64,000 bases of DNA from Candidatus Ancillula glyptotermitis (GTDB lineage Bacteria > Actinomycetota > Actinomycetes > Actinomycetales > Bifidobacteriaceae). The DNA is taken from assembly GCA_031268675.1 (NCBI GenBank), contig JAIRWY010000055.1, forward strand, positions 10,155 through 74,154, written 5' to 3'. Below are positions 30,001 through 42,000 of the stretch, in pieces. Below the pieces are notes generated by a model. That model ran no database searches. It saw only the letters and a list, made by a program, of their open reading frames with translations, and had not been told where the DNA came from. The first letter of the stretch is position 1. Every line of letters starts with the position of its first letter. The position numbers were made by a program, and so were the translations under genes.

Positions 30001-33000
30001 ATACTACTGGTGCATCAGGAACTTCTGTAATTGAACAAAGTTATTCTACAGGTCAGGTCAAAGTGCATGGAGATACTTCATTTGCAGGCGGTTTTGCAGG
30101 TGAATTCTCATCTGGAGTGGTTAGAAATTCATATACATGGAGTAATGTCATCAGCACTTCCACTTCTTTTGGAGTTTCAACGGATACAATTTCAGGAAGA
30201 GGAACTGGAGCAACATTAGGCGGTTTTGCAGGTCAGGTTGATGGTGTTATTGGTTCTGCTGGCTCAAATGCTATTGGAGCGACTAATGGTCCCACAGCGT
30301 TTGAGAAGGTCTATTCTAAGGGCTCAATTAAACTTGAAAGTAATCCAGATCAGAAGATTTATACATCTGGTTATTTTGCAGGCTATATTGGGGGTGTTCT
30401 TTCTACAAGCGGACTTAGCAGTGACTCTGTTCGGTTCACACACATCTACTATGATACTCAAACTGCTGCAAATATCGTGTATCCGCAAGGTCTTGGCACA
30501 AACAACTGGTATAATGGAGCAACTCATGCAACTGGACTAGAACCAGCAACCGCAGGTCGTAAAACCCAGAACCTTAAGAGCCAGGCAAACTACCTGCAAA
30601 GAGCCACAACAGCAGAAAACTGGAACTTCATGGGTACTCAGGATGCTGCTGGTAATCGCTTGACAGAGCCAATCTGGTTCATAAATGAAGGCATTTCATA
30701 TCCGATGTTGACTTGGCAAGACTCCAAAATCCCAGAACTTCAGTGTGATTCAGGTGCAGGTACGCAAACTGATCCGTGCATTGTGGTGAACGCAAAACAG
30801 CTGGATTCTATCCACGACTGGGTGGGATTTGCAAATGCGGGCATCTACTGGAGGCTTGGCGCAGACATTGACCTTGGAACTTACCTAGATGATTCTATAT
30901 TCAGGGACCAAAATGGTAATTTAACCGCGCAGTATAGAGAGGCAGAAGCTTCTGGAGACTGGTCTACTTATCCAAACCGTGATATTAACGGATATCCTGT
31001 AAATGCTGCTGGTCATGTGCCTGATGTGAGAGGATGGTCTCCGGTAGGAACTGGACCTGACGAGCCTGCAAGTGCTGGCAATAATACGTATCCAGAGTCT
31101 GCTCTTGCAAGTAATCCGACAATCTTCTACGGGCATTTTGACGGTGGTGGTCATACAATTAAGGGTCTTTGGAGTCAGAGAGAAGATCAAACAATGGTTG
31201 GTCTATTCGGTTTTGCGCGAGATGCTGAAATCAAGAACTTTGAGTTGACCATCGGCAAAAAGGGAGTCTACGGACAAGCCAGAGTTGGTGGAGTCATTGG
31301 ACTTTATCAGCATTATAATGAAGGTACAGACAAGAAACTTAAGGAGACAAATCCTGTTCAATCTATAACTGTACGCCCTGAAGATGGTTGCCCTGAAGAT
31401 GAGTGCCAAGTTGGTGTTTCAACCACTAAAGTGGCTTCTACTAACTCATTAGTTGGTACTCATATTGGAGGCGTGATTGGTGAAGCGCATACGTATGTTG
31501 CAAGTGGTGTATATTGTATTCCGTCAGGTACTACTGACAGTGCTAATTATTACGAAAAATGCCCAAGTTCTGAAGCGGCTACTGCTGTTAGTAATTTTGC
31601 GGCAATTGATGACCACCTTTTGAGACAAGTTGCAAAGTATGGTATGCGAACAACTTTCTCTGGATTGGTTTCTCATGTTGATGTTGGAAAAACACTTGGA
31701 ATGACAGATGCAAATACAAAAGCATCGGCAGTTGGAGGCGTGATTGGAGGAGCACACAATGGCGTAACTGTTTTACAGAGTTCTTCTAGTGGCAAGATAA
31801 TTGGAAAACAGCAAGTTGGTGGAATTGTTGGTCAGTATTCTGCATTCTCACGTACTAGTGGTGATTCTTACTACTACTACTACTATCGTTTTACAAGTTA
31901 TAGATTATACTTAACTATCCAAAATTCGTATTCTACAGGAAGAATTTATTCCACTTCTGGTGACGCAAATAAAACTGGTTTTGCTGTTGGTGGAATAATT
32001 GGCAATTACGATGTTGGTAGTGGATCGGTACATTCGGTTAGGACAAAAGATGTAGTACTCCTAGATAATGTGTATTCTACAGCTGAGGTTGGAGTCATAA
32101 GCTCAGTAACACCTTCAAGTACTAGTAATGAATACAAAATTGGCGGTTTAATTGGGTATCTATGTAGTGGTGCAACAACAACAGAAACTAACGGTGGTGG
32201 CGGTATGAAAGTTTGGAGATCATACTTTGGCGGAAAGATTACTGATAACGTGGCTGGTCGTTCAGGTGGTTTAATTGGGTATGTTTACAAAACAAGTAAT
32301 AGTGATAGTTATCCATTTGTATCACGATATATGTTTGCAAATGCTGGTAACGATGCATATACATTTTTCAATGAAGACAGTGGAGTCACATATCCTGTTT
32401 TTTATTCCGATGGTGTTACTAGTACTAGTTTCTCAGACAGCTATTTTAGTGGTTTTTCCAGTGCGATTAAGCGGACAACTCTTCAATTACAGACAGCATC
32501 TACATATACAAATAAGTGGAACACAACTGGTATTTGGGGAATAGATACTGTGACTGATAACCGCCCGAAGATATATGATTATGTGGGTAATTCTGGTTGG
32601 ATTGATAATCCTCAACTTGGACAAACAATTGGAATTTCTATGCCGTATTTGCGCAGTTTCAACAACCATATAGTTGTAACTCCTGAGCAGTATTATACAG
32701 ATTATGATAATACCAACCACATTCAGGCAAGTCCACCAGATGATGCTCCTAAGGGCACATGTTCATCTGCTGCTGTTTTGAGCGAGAATGAATGCACTGC
32801 ACTAGGTTATACTTGGGACAGGGCTAAGCGAGAAGCACCTGAAAATCCGACGTTCACAATTTCAGGCACAGGAGCAAAGCAGGCGCGTGAAAATATCGGA
32901 AGCGGTTCACATTTTGACATCATCAAGGGTTCTGGTACAGATCCAAATGGAGTGCTTGCATATGAAGAAAACGGACCTAATGAGCAGATTGTAAATGCTG

Positions 33001-36000
33001 GAACTTATTCTATTGCTGGCGGAAGTTTATTTACTAGAAAAGCACCAACAACAACTAACGGTTTGACGACCAACTCTAAGGCGAATGCATACCAAAGTTA
33101 TGTCTTGGCAAATAAGAACCCGTATTATCAGGCTAGTTTTGATTTCACCAAGTTCTACGAGGTCAAGCAAATTCCTGCAAAACTTGAAATTAAGACGTTC
33201 TTCGCTCCTGCCTCGCCAACTAAAGCGTGGAAATGGTCAGATCCTGAAAATTCTACAACTTCTAAATATGAAGATGAACTTACTGTCTTGGTGAAGGTTA
33301 CTGGAGCTGGAGATAAACCAGTTGAGAATGGGCACATCAAGTTGTACTTAGATTCAACTGAAGAAACAGGCGTTCTAAACGGTGGAAATCCACTGAGCCT
33401 CTATCAAAGTGCATCAGATGCTTCCAGTAGTGTTGAGGGGGCTGAGACAGGCGTTATACGGTATAAAATAACTGAGGCAGAGGCACTGAACAAGCTGAAA
33501 ACTGGAGAGCATACAATCTACGCGAAGTATTTTGACAAGGGTGAAAATGCTACTGGAACTTACTACAGCCAGAAAGATGCTCAAAAGACTTCTATGGCAT
33601 CTACCACCGCTTGGGAGACTTCTTCAAACTACTTTGATACTGAAACTGCAAATGATACTCCTTCACTTCCTCTGAACATCTCGGTTGCGAAAGCTGTTAA
33701 GCCTATAACCGTTTCTGAACTAAAAGGTAGTACTTCTACTGATAATGACCGTTATAATCAGGAGAATATTAAAGTTACTCTACCAGATGGAACTGATCCA
33801 AATTCAGATCCAGAGGGCGAAAAGTATCCAGATTGGTATTCTAGTTGTCAAGTTACTCTAACTAATACGGTTGGTTCGCACTGCCCAGAAACAAATTCAT
33901 CATATCTTGGAGATAAATCTGAACTACATGTTAAGTTCGGAGATAGCAACGTCAGTCTTGGGCATCTTTTTGGCGGTAAGAAGGCCTCAGGCACGCTGAC
34001 TTATGAGGCAGGGGTTGATTCTAGTCTAGTTGAGCGAGCATTAGTTGAAATGTATCCAGAGCTTGCAACTTCTCCTGCTTTAGCTCAGCAAGTTGCTAAT
34101 TACACTGCAGAAGCAAAGCTCGCAGTTACTGTGAATTCAAACGGCGAACTTAGTTTCCATAGATCCACATCGTTCGTATTTTCAAATCCGCATTATGATA
34201 TTCCTGTTCATGTTGTTGTGAAAAGATTAGGGGATGATAACTACGATGAAGAAAGTGCAAGTGTTGATGTTAGTGTTGACCGCAAGGAGCTCACTGTTAC
34301 TGGTGCAATTGCAGATAGGCAGTATAATGGTAAAACTAATGCGGACTGGGCAGGTGGAAGGTATCCATCTTTACAAGGTCTAGTTGCAGGAACTGACCAA
34401 GTTGAAATAAATCAGCCAGTTCCAACATTTGTTGATCCTGCAACTGGAGATGGCAAGCACGTTTATCTTGCACAAACTGGCAAAGAGCCTGAATTGGCAT
34501 TCAACAGGAGTACATATGAACTATCAGGTGATCCAACTGGTGATTTAGCATACAACGCCTTCTTAATCTGGGGCAAAGATGCCCATAACTACATGGTAAC
34601 TCAGCCAAGTGCATTTAGCGCCTCGATTTTCCAGAATATGATACCTTCGGGCGAGGTGTGCGCTAGTAGGCCTGCAAATGAGGTTGCTGTATTTAAGGAT
34701 CCAGCTGGTTCACCTGCGGGTCAAGTGTTAGTAAACGGCTGGGCGAAGGATGAGTTCAAAGTGCAAGCAACAAGTCGCTATTTACTCTCTAAGACAAATA
34801 CAGCTGAAGGTTCTTGGACGGATACTTTGACTTGGGATCAGCAGACTTTCAATAATACTACGGATGCAATTTTCTACGGGAAGGAAAAAACTACTGGAAA
34901 TATCACGGCTTCTACTAATATTACTGGTTATTCATCTTCAACTTGTAATAAAGTACAGTATGGACTAGACAGGGGGCTTCCAAAAGGACAGATTACAGTA
35001 AAAGAAGATACTGGAAATCCATGGTCTGATGCTTTGCACTTCTTGAGTTTTGGGCTGTTCTTCAAGAACGAGACTAAATTCCACTTTGAGTATTCAGATC
35101 CGATTGTTCCTGAGCTTGTGGATGCAGAAGGAGGACAACATCCAGCAACTGAAAACCAGTCTGGTATTGATTATGCATCTGGTAAATCTGGTTACTATAT
35201 TGATACATCAGGTGTAGCTTTGACTTCAGAAAGTATTTCAAATCCAGCATTAACTTGGACTCAGTTTGAGGGTTCTTCAAGTACAATGGATTATACAATT
35301 GGGGCAAATGACAAGGGCAAGTATATCGCCTATATGAAGTTAACTGATAAAGCTGGAAATACCGTCTATATCGGTTCAGATGGCGTGATGAAGTTCGTAG
35401 ATGGAACTGGAACAACCATTGACACCACATTTACACATGGAACTTCAGATGTTGTAACTCAAAATGCAATTGTGGACAGTGCAAATGATATTGATTCTGT
35501 CACCATGATCACAGCTACTGATACTACTTGTACTGGCGAGGTAAATCAAGAAGTATGTGATTTAACCGCAGCTGCAAAGGGGCAGAATAAAAAAGCGACA
35601 ACGGTTGCAAAATCTGATCAGAACTATCGCTTGAGTAATGGAAATTTGGCGTTAACCACTGAATATTTGAACACATTGTCAATAGGAACTTATCGCTTCT
35701 TCGTCTATGTTAATCCGCTCAAAGTTGCAAACTACTGGACATATGACCAGTACAATATGGGCAACCACACAAAAACTAGAGCAGATGAAGAAATTCCACG
35801 TATTTACTCGTTCACCGTCAGAGTGTATAGAAATCCTGATGAGCCTAAAGATCTACAAGTTATGCAGTTACTAAACGGTTCAAATGAGGGTGAGGTTTCT
35901 GCAGTAATCACGTGGAAGGGTGCTCAGGCTCAAGAACTTGCAAACAAGTCAAATACTATTCTTAAGTATAATTTGCAAATGAAGACTGTTGAAGCCGAGC

Positions 36001-39000
36001 AATGGACTGATATTTCAGCTCTAATACCGCCATGTACATCTAGTTGTGATGCTCAAACTGACTTCCGCCTTGAAATTTATAATACTGAGGAATATGGTTC
36101 TGGTAGTCAAATTACACTAAATTCTGGAACTGATTATGTCTTCAGAGTGCGTGCAAATAACGAGATTCAAGGTACTGGGTATCCTAGTGCTGTAAATGAC
36201 GGAGTTGGAGATGGACCTTGGGCAACCACGAGTTTTAAGACTTTCTCCGCACCTCCTGCCCCAAGTATTTCTGCTTATCAGCCAGATCCGTATGCTGAAG
36301 GTAGTCCATATTATGGTCAGAACTGGGACAGGAAGATTAAAGCAACTTGGAAAGAGGTGTATGTGGCTGCACAGGGCACAAGTCTTACCTACAATGTGGA
36401 GATTCAAAGATCAGATACTGCAAATCCAGATCAGTGGTATATAGCTAGAGACTCTAGCAATAACGAGTGCGTGAATATTGAAGGTACTCTAGCAAATCTT
36501 GACTGGGATAAAACAGAGCGTAGTTGCAACGAGATTGCTGGCTGGTATGATACTACAACACGTCAATTAGAGCGTGGAGTTAAGTATAACTTGCGCGTGT
36601 ATGCGGTTGTAAATGGAACTTCATCTGAAAAAACAGCAACAGTATCGCGAACAACTATTGAAATTGGCAACTTACCGAGCAAGCCTCAGAATATTCAAGC
36701 TCAGCAGACCACCAACTTGACTGCAGATTTGACTTGGGCACCTTCGTATAATCCCACGAACAATTATAATGTCTACAACTTGGAATATTGCGATGGCGGT
36801 CCAAAAAATCTTGAAGCAGTAAGTTGTAGTACTGGTTCTTGGATTACTGGTGCAGAAAATGTGCATCTCAATGATATTACAACAACCTCTGTGCAACTTG
36901 GAGCCGCTCAAGGTGCAGTTCAAGCTACACTAGAAGCAGATCACAAGTACTTCTTCAGAGTAACTGGGCATAACTTGGCAGGACTTTCACAAGTTTCTGA
37001 TGCGGGCGAGTTGATTATTTCAGGACCTCCAACAACTCCTGTTTCGCCAAATATCAGCCAGACTTGGGCTCAGAACCACGTTGAGGCAGATGCTTTGAAA
37101 CTAGACTGGTATGGTAATAATTCTGCAGGTGAATTCCCGCTAGACTACACTGTGCGTTATGCTCCAGTTGCCCAAAAAGGTGCAGATCCATCAACTGTTG
37201 ATCAAAGCGCGTGGAAGACAGCATCAGTTAAAGATGATTTGACTGCAAGCGGTTGTAGGACCGAATCTGGAGTTGTATTAGAATACTACAATAAGAGTGA
37301 CTGTCTAGGATATGGAGGATCTGGCGCTGTTTGGTTCAGCAATGGAGATGGTAATCCGCTGGCTTTGAGCATTGATTACTATGACCCAGGCAGGATCTAC
37401 ATCTTCCAAACTAGTGCTGTTTCAACCGCTGGAGCTTCCGCTTGGGGTGCGCCTTCTTACTTCCTAACTGCAGGTCAAGGTAAAGCACCGACTTGGGCTA
37501 TAGCACCTACTGAGGTTGTAGATAATGCATATGCTGGCGGAGTAAGTATGTCCTGGCAAAATGATGCTCCTGTGCCTTCGGATGCTAGGGATGATACATA
37601 TACTTACGAAATTTGCTACGGTGAGTTGACAAACTACATCTCGAACAACTCGCAGCCACCAACTGCAGAGTGTGACAGTCCTTGGAAATCTAAGAAGATT
37701 GATCAGACTAGTTATACAATTGACCAGACTTCAGAAACTGTGCATGCACTTTTGACTGATGATGATTTAACTCCAGGAGGAACTTATGCGTTCTTCGTGC
37801 GTGGAGTATCTATGGCAAAAACTGGACATTTCTCAGATGCTAAGATTTTGACAGTTTCTTCGACTCCTCCAGCGGCAAATATAGTTGCTACACAGACTGG
37901 TGAAGGTGAACTAGATTTGAACTGGCAAGCAACTGATGAATATACTGCTATTTCTGGCTTGAAGTACACATTGCAGTTCTACGAAGAAGGAGCAAGCCAG
38001 TGGGAAGATATTCCTAGTGCAAACATCAGCAGTTTCAACCCTGAGCAGAAGACAGCACATCTAACGGGCTTAGATCCAGAGCATGTTGGCAAGACACTAG
38101 TTATACGTATTGTCTCCACAAATGTGCGAGGTATTTCCACACCAGATTCTTCTTGGGCAGGTGAAAATCCACAAGATTGCCCTGGTTCAAAACTTGTAAC
38201 TCTATTAGCTAGACCTGAAACTCCTCGCGAATTCCAAGTTGTTTCACAAGCAACACCTTATTCAATGAGCTTCTTCTGGGCATACAATGCGGCTGATATT
38301 GCTAAATACGGTGTTCGTGGAAATGATATTCCAGCAGGTCAAGCAAACTTCCAGTTAGCGTATAGAATACTTACAGAAGATGAAAAGAATGCTTATAAAG
38401 CATATAGAGCAGATCGAGCAAAGCCTGCAGACCAGCGAGAAAATCTTCCACAACCTGATTATAGTTCAGGAGATGCAACTTCTTGGATGGTTGCTGCAAC
38501 AACTAATTCTGTTAACAGCGAAGTTGATGGTTTGGAAATTGGTGCATATTATCGCTTCCGCCTGATAACCAACAACATATCGGGTAGTTCAAATGGAACA
38601 GATCGGTTCGCTCCTGCATATATAGTTCAACCAACTGCATCAGTTCCAGATGCTCCTAATTTCATCCGTCAAGAAGGAATTGAGAATCCTCGTCAAGCAA
38701 CTCCAACTGAAGGTCATCCATCAAATGTTGGTTTTATGGAGCTTCGTTGGGAGTCCCTTGGTTCAGGAATTAGTTATGAGGTTCGCCAGTTGGATATGGA
38801 TGAATGCGGAGACTGGGTAATTCCAAGACGTGGAGATAATGGTGTTCAGTATCCTGCAAGACCTCAACTCTGCGGAAAAGATGACTTCGTTGAGCGCCTT
38901 CTACAAGAAAATGCTTCAGGAGATGAACATCTATCTGTAAATACTACTATTTCAACATCAAATCCAGACTTGGCTAAATACAACGGTTCTAATCTGTGGG

Positions 39001-42000
39001 ATATGAGTACAAATCTTACAAGTGGAATAACTGCGAACTCCGTGATGACTTATGGTGAGCCAGATCATTCATTTATACTTGGTCATACCTACTACTTCTT
39101 AGTGCGGTCTTCAAATATTGCAGGAGAAAGTGACAAGTATGATGTTATCAAGTTCACATTCTTGCCAATTCCTGAAGCTCCAACAAATGTGAAGTTTACA
39201 GAGACTGCGTCAAATGGTACAACTTCAAGTGGCACGCTCAACTGGACGGATACTGTCAATGCGCCTTCACCAATTACGCGCTATAATGTTACATACTGTG
39301 ATGTTACTGAAACTTCATCTGGTTCAGATCCAGATGGTTGTGCAAGACCAGAAATGTGGAAATCTGTTGTAAATGGAACAACTTCTCATGCACAATCTAT
39401 TGATGGATTAAAAGGCGGACATGCATACCGATTCCGCGTACAAGCTGTAAATAATGCTGGTGTTTCACATACTGTCAACAGCGTTGGTAGAGTCACGAAC
39501 ACTTATGGTGAACTTATGAGCGGAGACCATTTCACCTCTTGGACAATGGCGTATAAGGCAAATGCTGTTCCCCTTCCACAACTTTTGCAGACAGCACCTG
39601 CAGAAACTATGTTGACTAGATTTAGCCCTGTGCAATACTCTGGAAGTCTTGGTGTAACTTATAGAATCTACACCTGTGATTATACAGAACAAGATTTTAG
39701 TACATGTGAAAATGAAGGTGTTTCAAATAGGGAGAAGTGGCAAAGAGTTGCAACTGGTTTGACTGGTAGTGATGCTGAATCTGTAATAACTCATGAAACT
39801 GCAGTTTCTCCTGAAAAGAATATTGCTGTGCGAGTGGTTCCATATACTCTTGCTGATGAAACAACTTCGTATAATACCGCGCAAATTCTAACTGCTTATG
39901 TTCCAAAGACTGCAATTGGTGCAGATACTATTACAGGCTCGCAGAAGCAGATTGCGCTAGATGAGATTAGACCAAATGACTTGACCAAGGTAACATCTGC
40001 AGAAATTAGCTGGACGAATCCAACTGACTACTTAGGTTATGGCGCATTTAGCAACGAGATTTATTATCGCAAGAACTTAGCATATGCAACTTGCTCATCT
40101 GAAAGTAGTGGAGTGGAGGCTGACGATGATACTGACTGGATCCATTATGGTGTAAATGTACCTTCAACTGAAAATACGGCTCTTCTAAACGGTCTTCCAA
40201 TTGGTTGTATAGACTTGAAGATTGTAACTCGTTCACTATATACTGCTGATTCAGTTTCTGTCATCAAAAAACGGGTATTTGACATTGAAGAGTCACAAAC
40301 TGGACCTCATAATATCCAAGTGACCCAAAAGAGCAGTAATGATTGGTCCTGGTCCGCTAATTCTATGTTCATCAAGTGGGATCGTCCAATTTCTGGATGC
40401 CAAGAAGATGGTGAGAATCCAGAAGTAGGTTGTTTCTACGAGCTCAAACTCAGGAGAGCCAATATGGAGGGTCAGAACTTCAAGAGTATGACTGTACCTA
40501 GAAACACTGAGCAGTTTACTCGTACTTTCATTTCTCCACAAGAAGATATTTTGCCAAATACTACTTATGATATCTTGATTGATGCATATTCAGGAGGAAC
40601 TGGAATAGCGCAACCAAATAAATCTAGTGCTACTCTCGTTGGCTCGTCAGTTGTTTCCCAATTTACAACTTCTGATATGCCTGGTAAAGTAACTAGTCGT
40701 CATGTGGCTTATCAAGCAGGTGGATCTCCAACTATAACTATCTCCTGGCCTCAAGTTGATGTAAATTCAAAGGGTGATGTATATAGAGGAACTGAACCAC
40801 TGTGGTATGAAGTAGAATATGGACAGGGCTATAACTACAGCGATGGTGCTTGGGAAGATGGTTCAACTCACAATATTGTGAAGGTTGAAGATTCTACCAG
40901 TTTAGCAAATATTCCTGTATCTCTTGGGTCTTCATATGATATACGAGTACGTGCAATTTCAACATACGGTGATGGCCAGTGGAGTGATATGCAAAAGTAT
41001 GTTGCTGCATATTTGCCAGAAGAACCACTTGAACAACAGGCATATTCACAACCAGATGGAAATAATCTAGTCTTGAGATTTAGAGACCAGTATTATAATG
41101 GAGATGGTGGTTTAACCTACAAGGTGCAGTATAAAAATGCGAGCGAGCAATGGGTAGACACAAATGTTGTAGGTATAAGTGGTGGAATTTCTGATGACAA
41201 CTACATCTTTGCTGAAGTTGAGCTATCGGGCATTAAGGATCCGTTAATCAATGCAACTGGCGCAGATTACAAGTTCCGCGTAGTTGCAACTACACTTGCT
41301 GGTCAAAATGCTGATAGTAATCAGGTGATTAACTTCCGCTCGGCATATATTCCAGCTGCTTCCAATATGAATGTGCAAGCACTAGATGCTTCTAATTTGC
41401 GCATTGATTGGACTGTTCCAGAGTATTTGGGCACATTCCCTCTCACTTATACTTTGCAGTATCGTTTACATGCTGGTGTATATAACGAAGATTGTGTAAG
41501 CGGACCTAGAACGGGCGAGAAGGAGAGTTGCAATAGCTGGAAAACTGCAGACAATGGTCGAGGTGTTGGAATTACAGACGGCAAAGGATCAGTTGTACTA
41601 AACAACTTAGATGGTTCAAAGTGGTACGATATTCGCCTAATTGCTTTATCACCTGCATCAGCAACTCCAGCTCAAGATACAGCAAGTAATGAGGATTCTA
41701 AAGATCCAACATATAAATCTGCAAGTGTTACAACAGCAGTGACATCTGAGGCACCTTCAAAAGTTGAGGCTATTTATTTGTCGCAAGGAACTAATGCTGA
41801 AATACATGCTGTTTGGGAAGAGTCTAAAACTCCAGATCAGAAGAATCCGAACAACCCGATCACCTATTACCGCATTCAGTATGCTAGTAAAGCCGACTAT
41901 GATCAAAAAACTCCTGATGATGCAACTATCTGGAAGCAGGCAGTATTTGGAACAAACGGTGGTTCTGAGATTATTAACGATGAAGATGATCCAGCTAAAG

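Larger units (their letters stand above)
28176..30716 (+). repeat. GLUG beta-helix module M13 (carries the nested glycine-rich domain)
   Basis: The head is 'GTGTVDDPFLIYTAKDLNALH...FEPIG (nt 28,335-28,349)...FAGSFDGGGYTLNGIW...YAGLFG'. The glycine-rich domain follows at nt 28,584-29,530. GGFAG rungs resume with 'VGVGGFAG' near nt 29,620. The C-cap 'EPIWFINEGISYPMLTW' ends at nt 30,716. Confidence 0.7.
32661..35834 (+). other. Heterogeneous Ig-like junction between the beta-helix half and the Fn3 half
   Basis: Translation shows no GLUG rungs and no canonical Fn3 signature. It shows several different beta-sandwich-like segments instead, e.g. '...ELTVLVKVTGAGDKPVENGHIKLYLD...GEHTIYAKYFD' (nt ~33,270-33,540) and '...YIAYMKLTDKAGNTVYIGSDG' (nt ~35,320-35,385, a D-x-AGN motif). 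Confidence 0.55.

Noticed and set aside
38829-38837. RGD tripeptides inside Fn3 domains ('PRRGDNG' at nt 38,829-38,837 and 'KCRGDYI' at nt 45,762-45,770), reminiscent of the integrin-binding loop of fibronectin.
   Set aside because: Two RGDs in about 21,000 residues is about what chance predicts for this composition. I could not show that they lie in an F-G loop.
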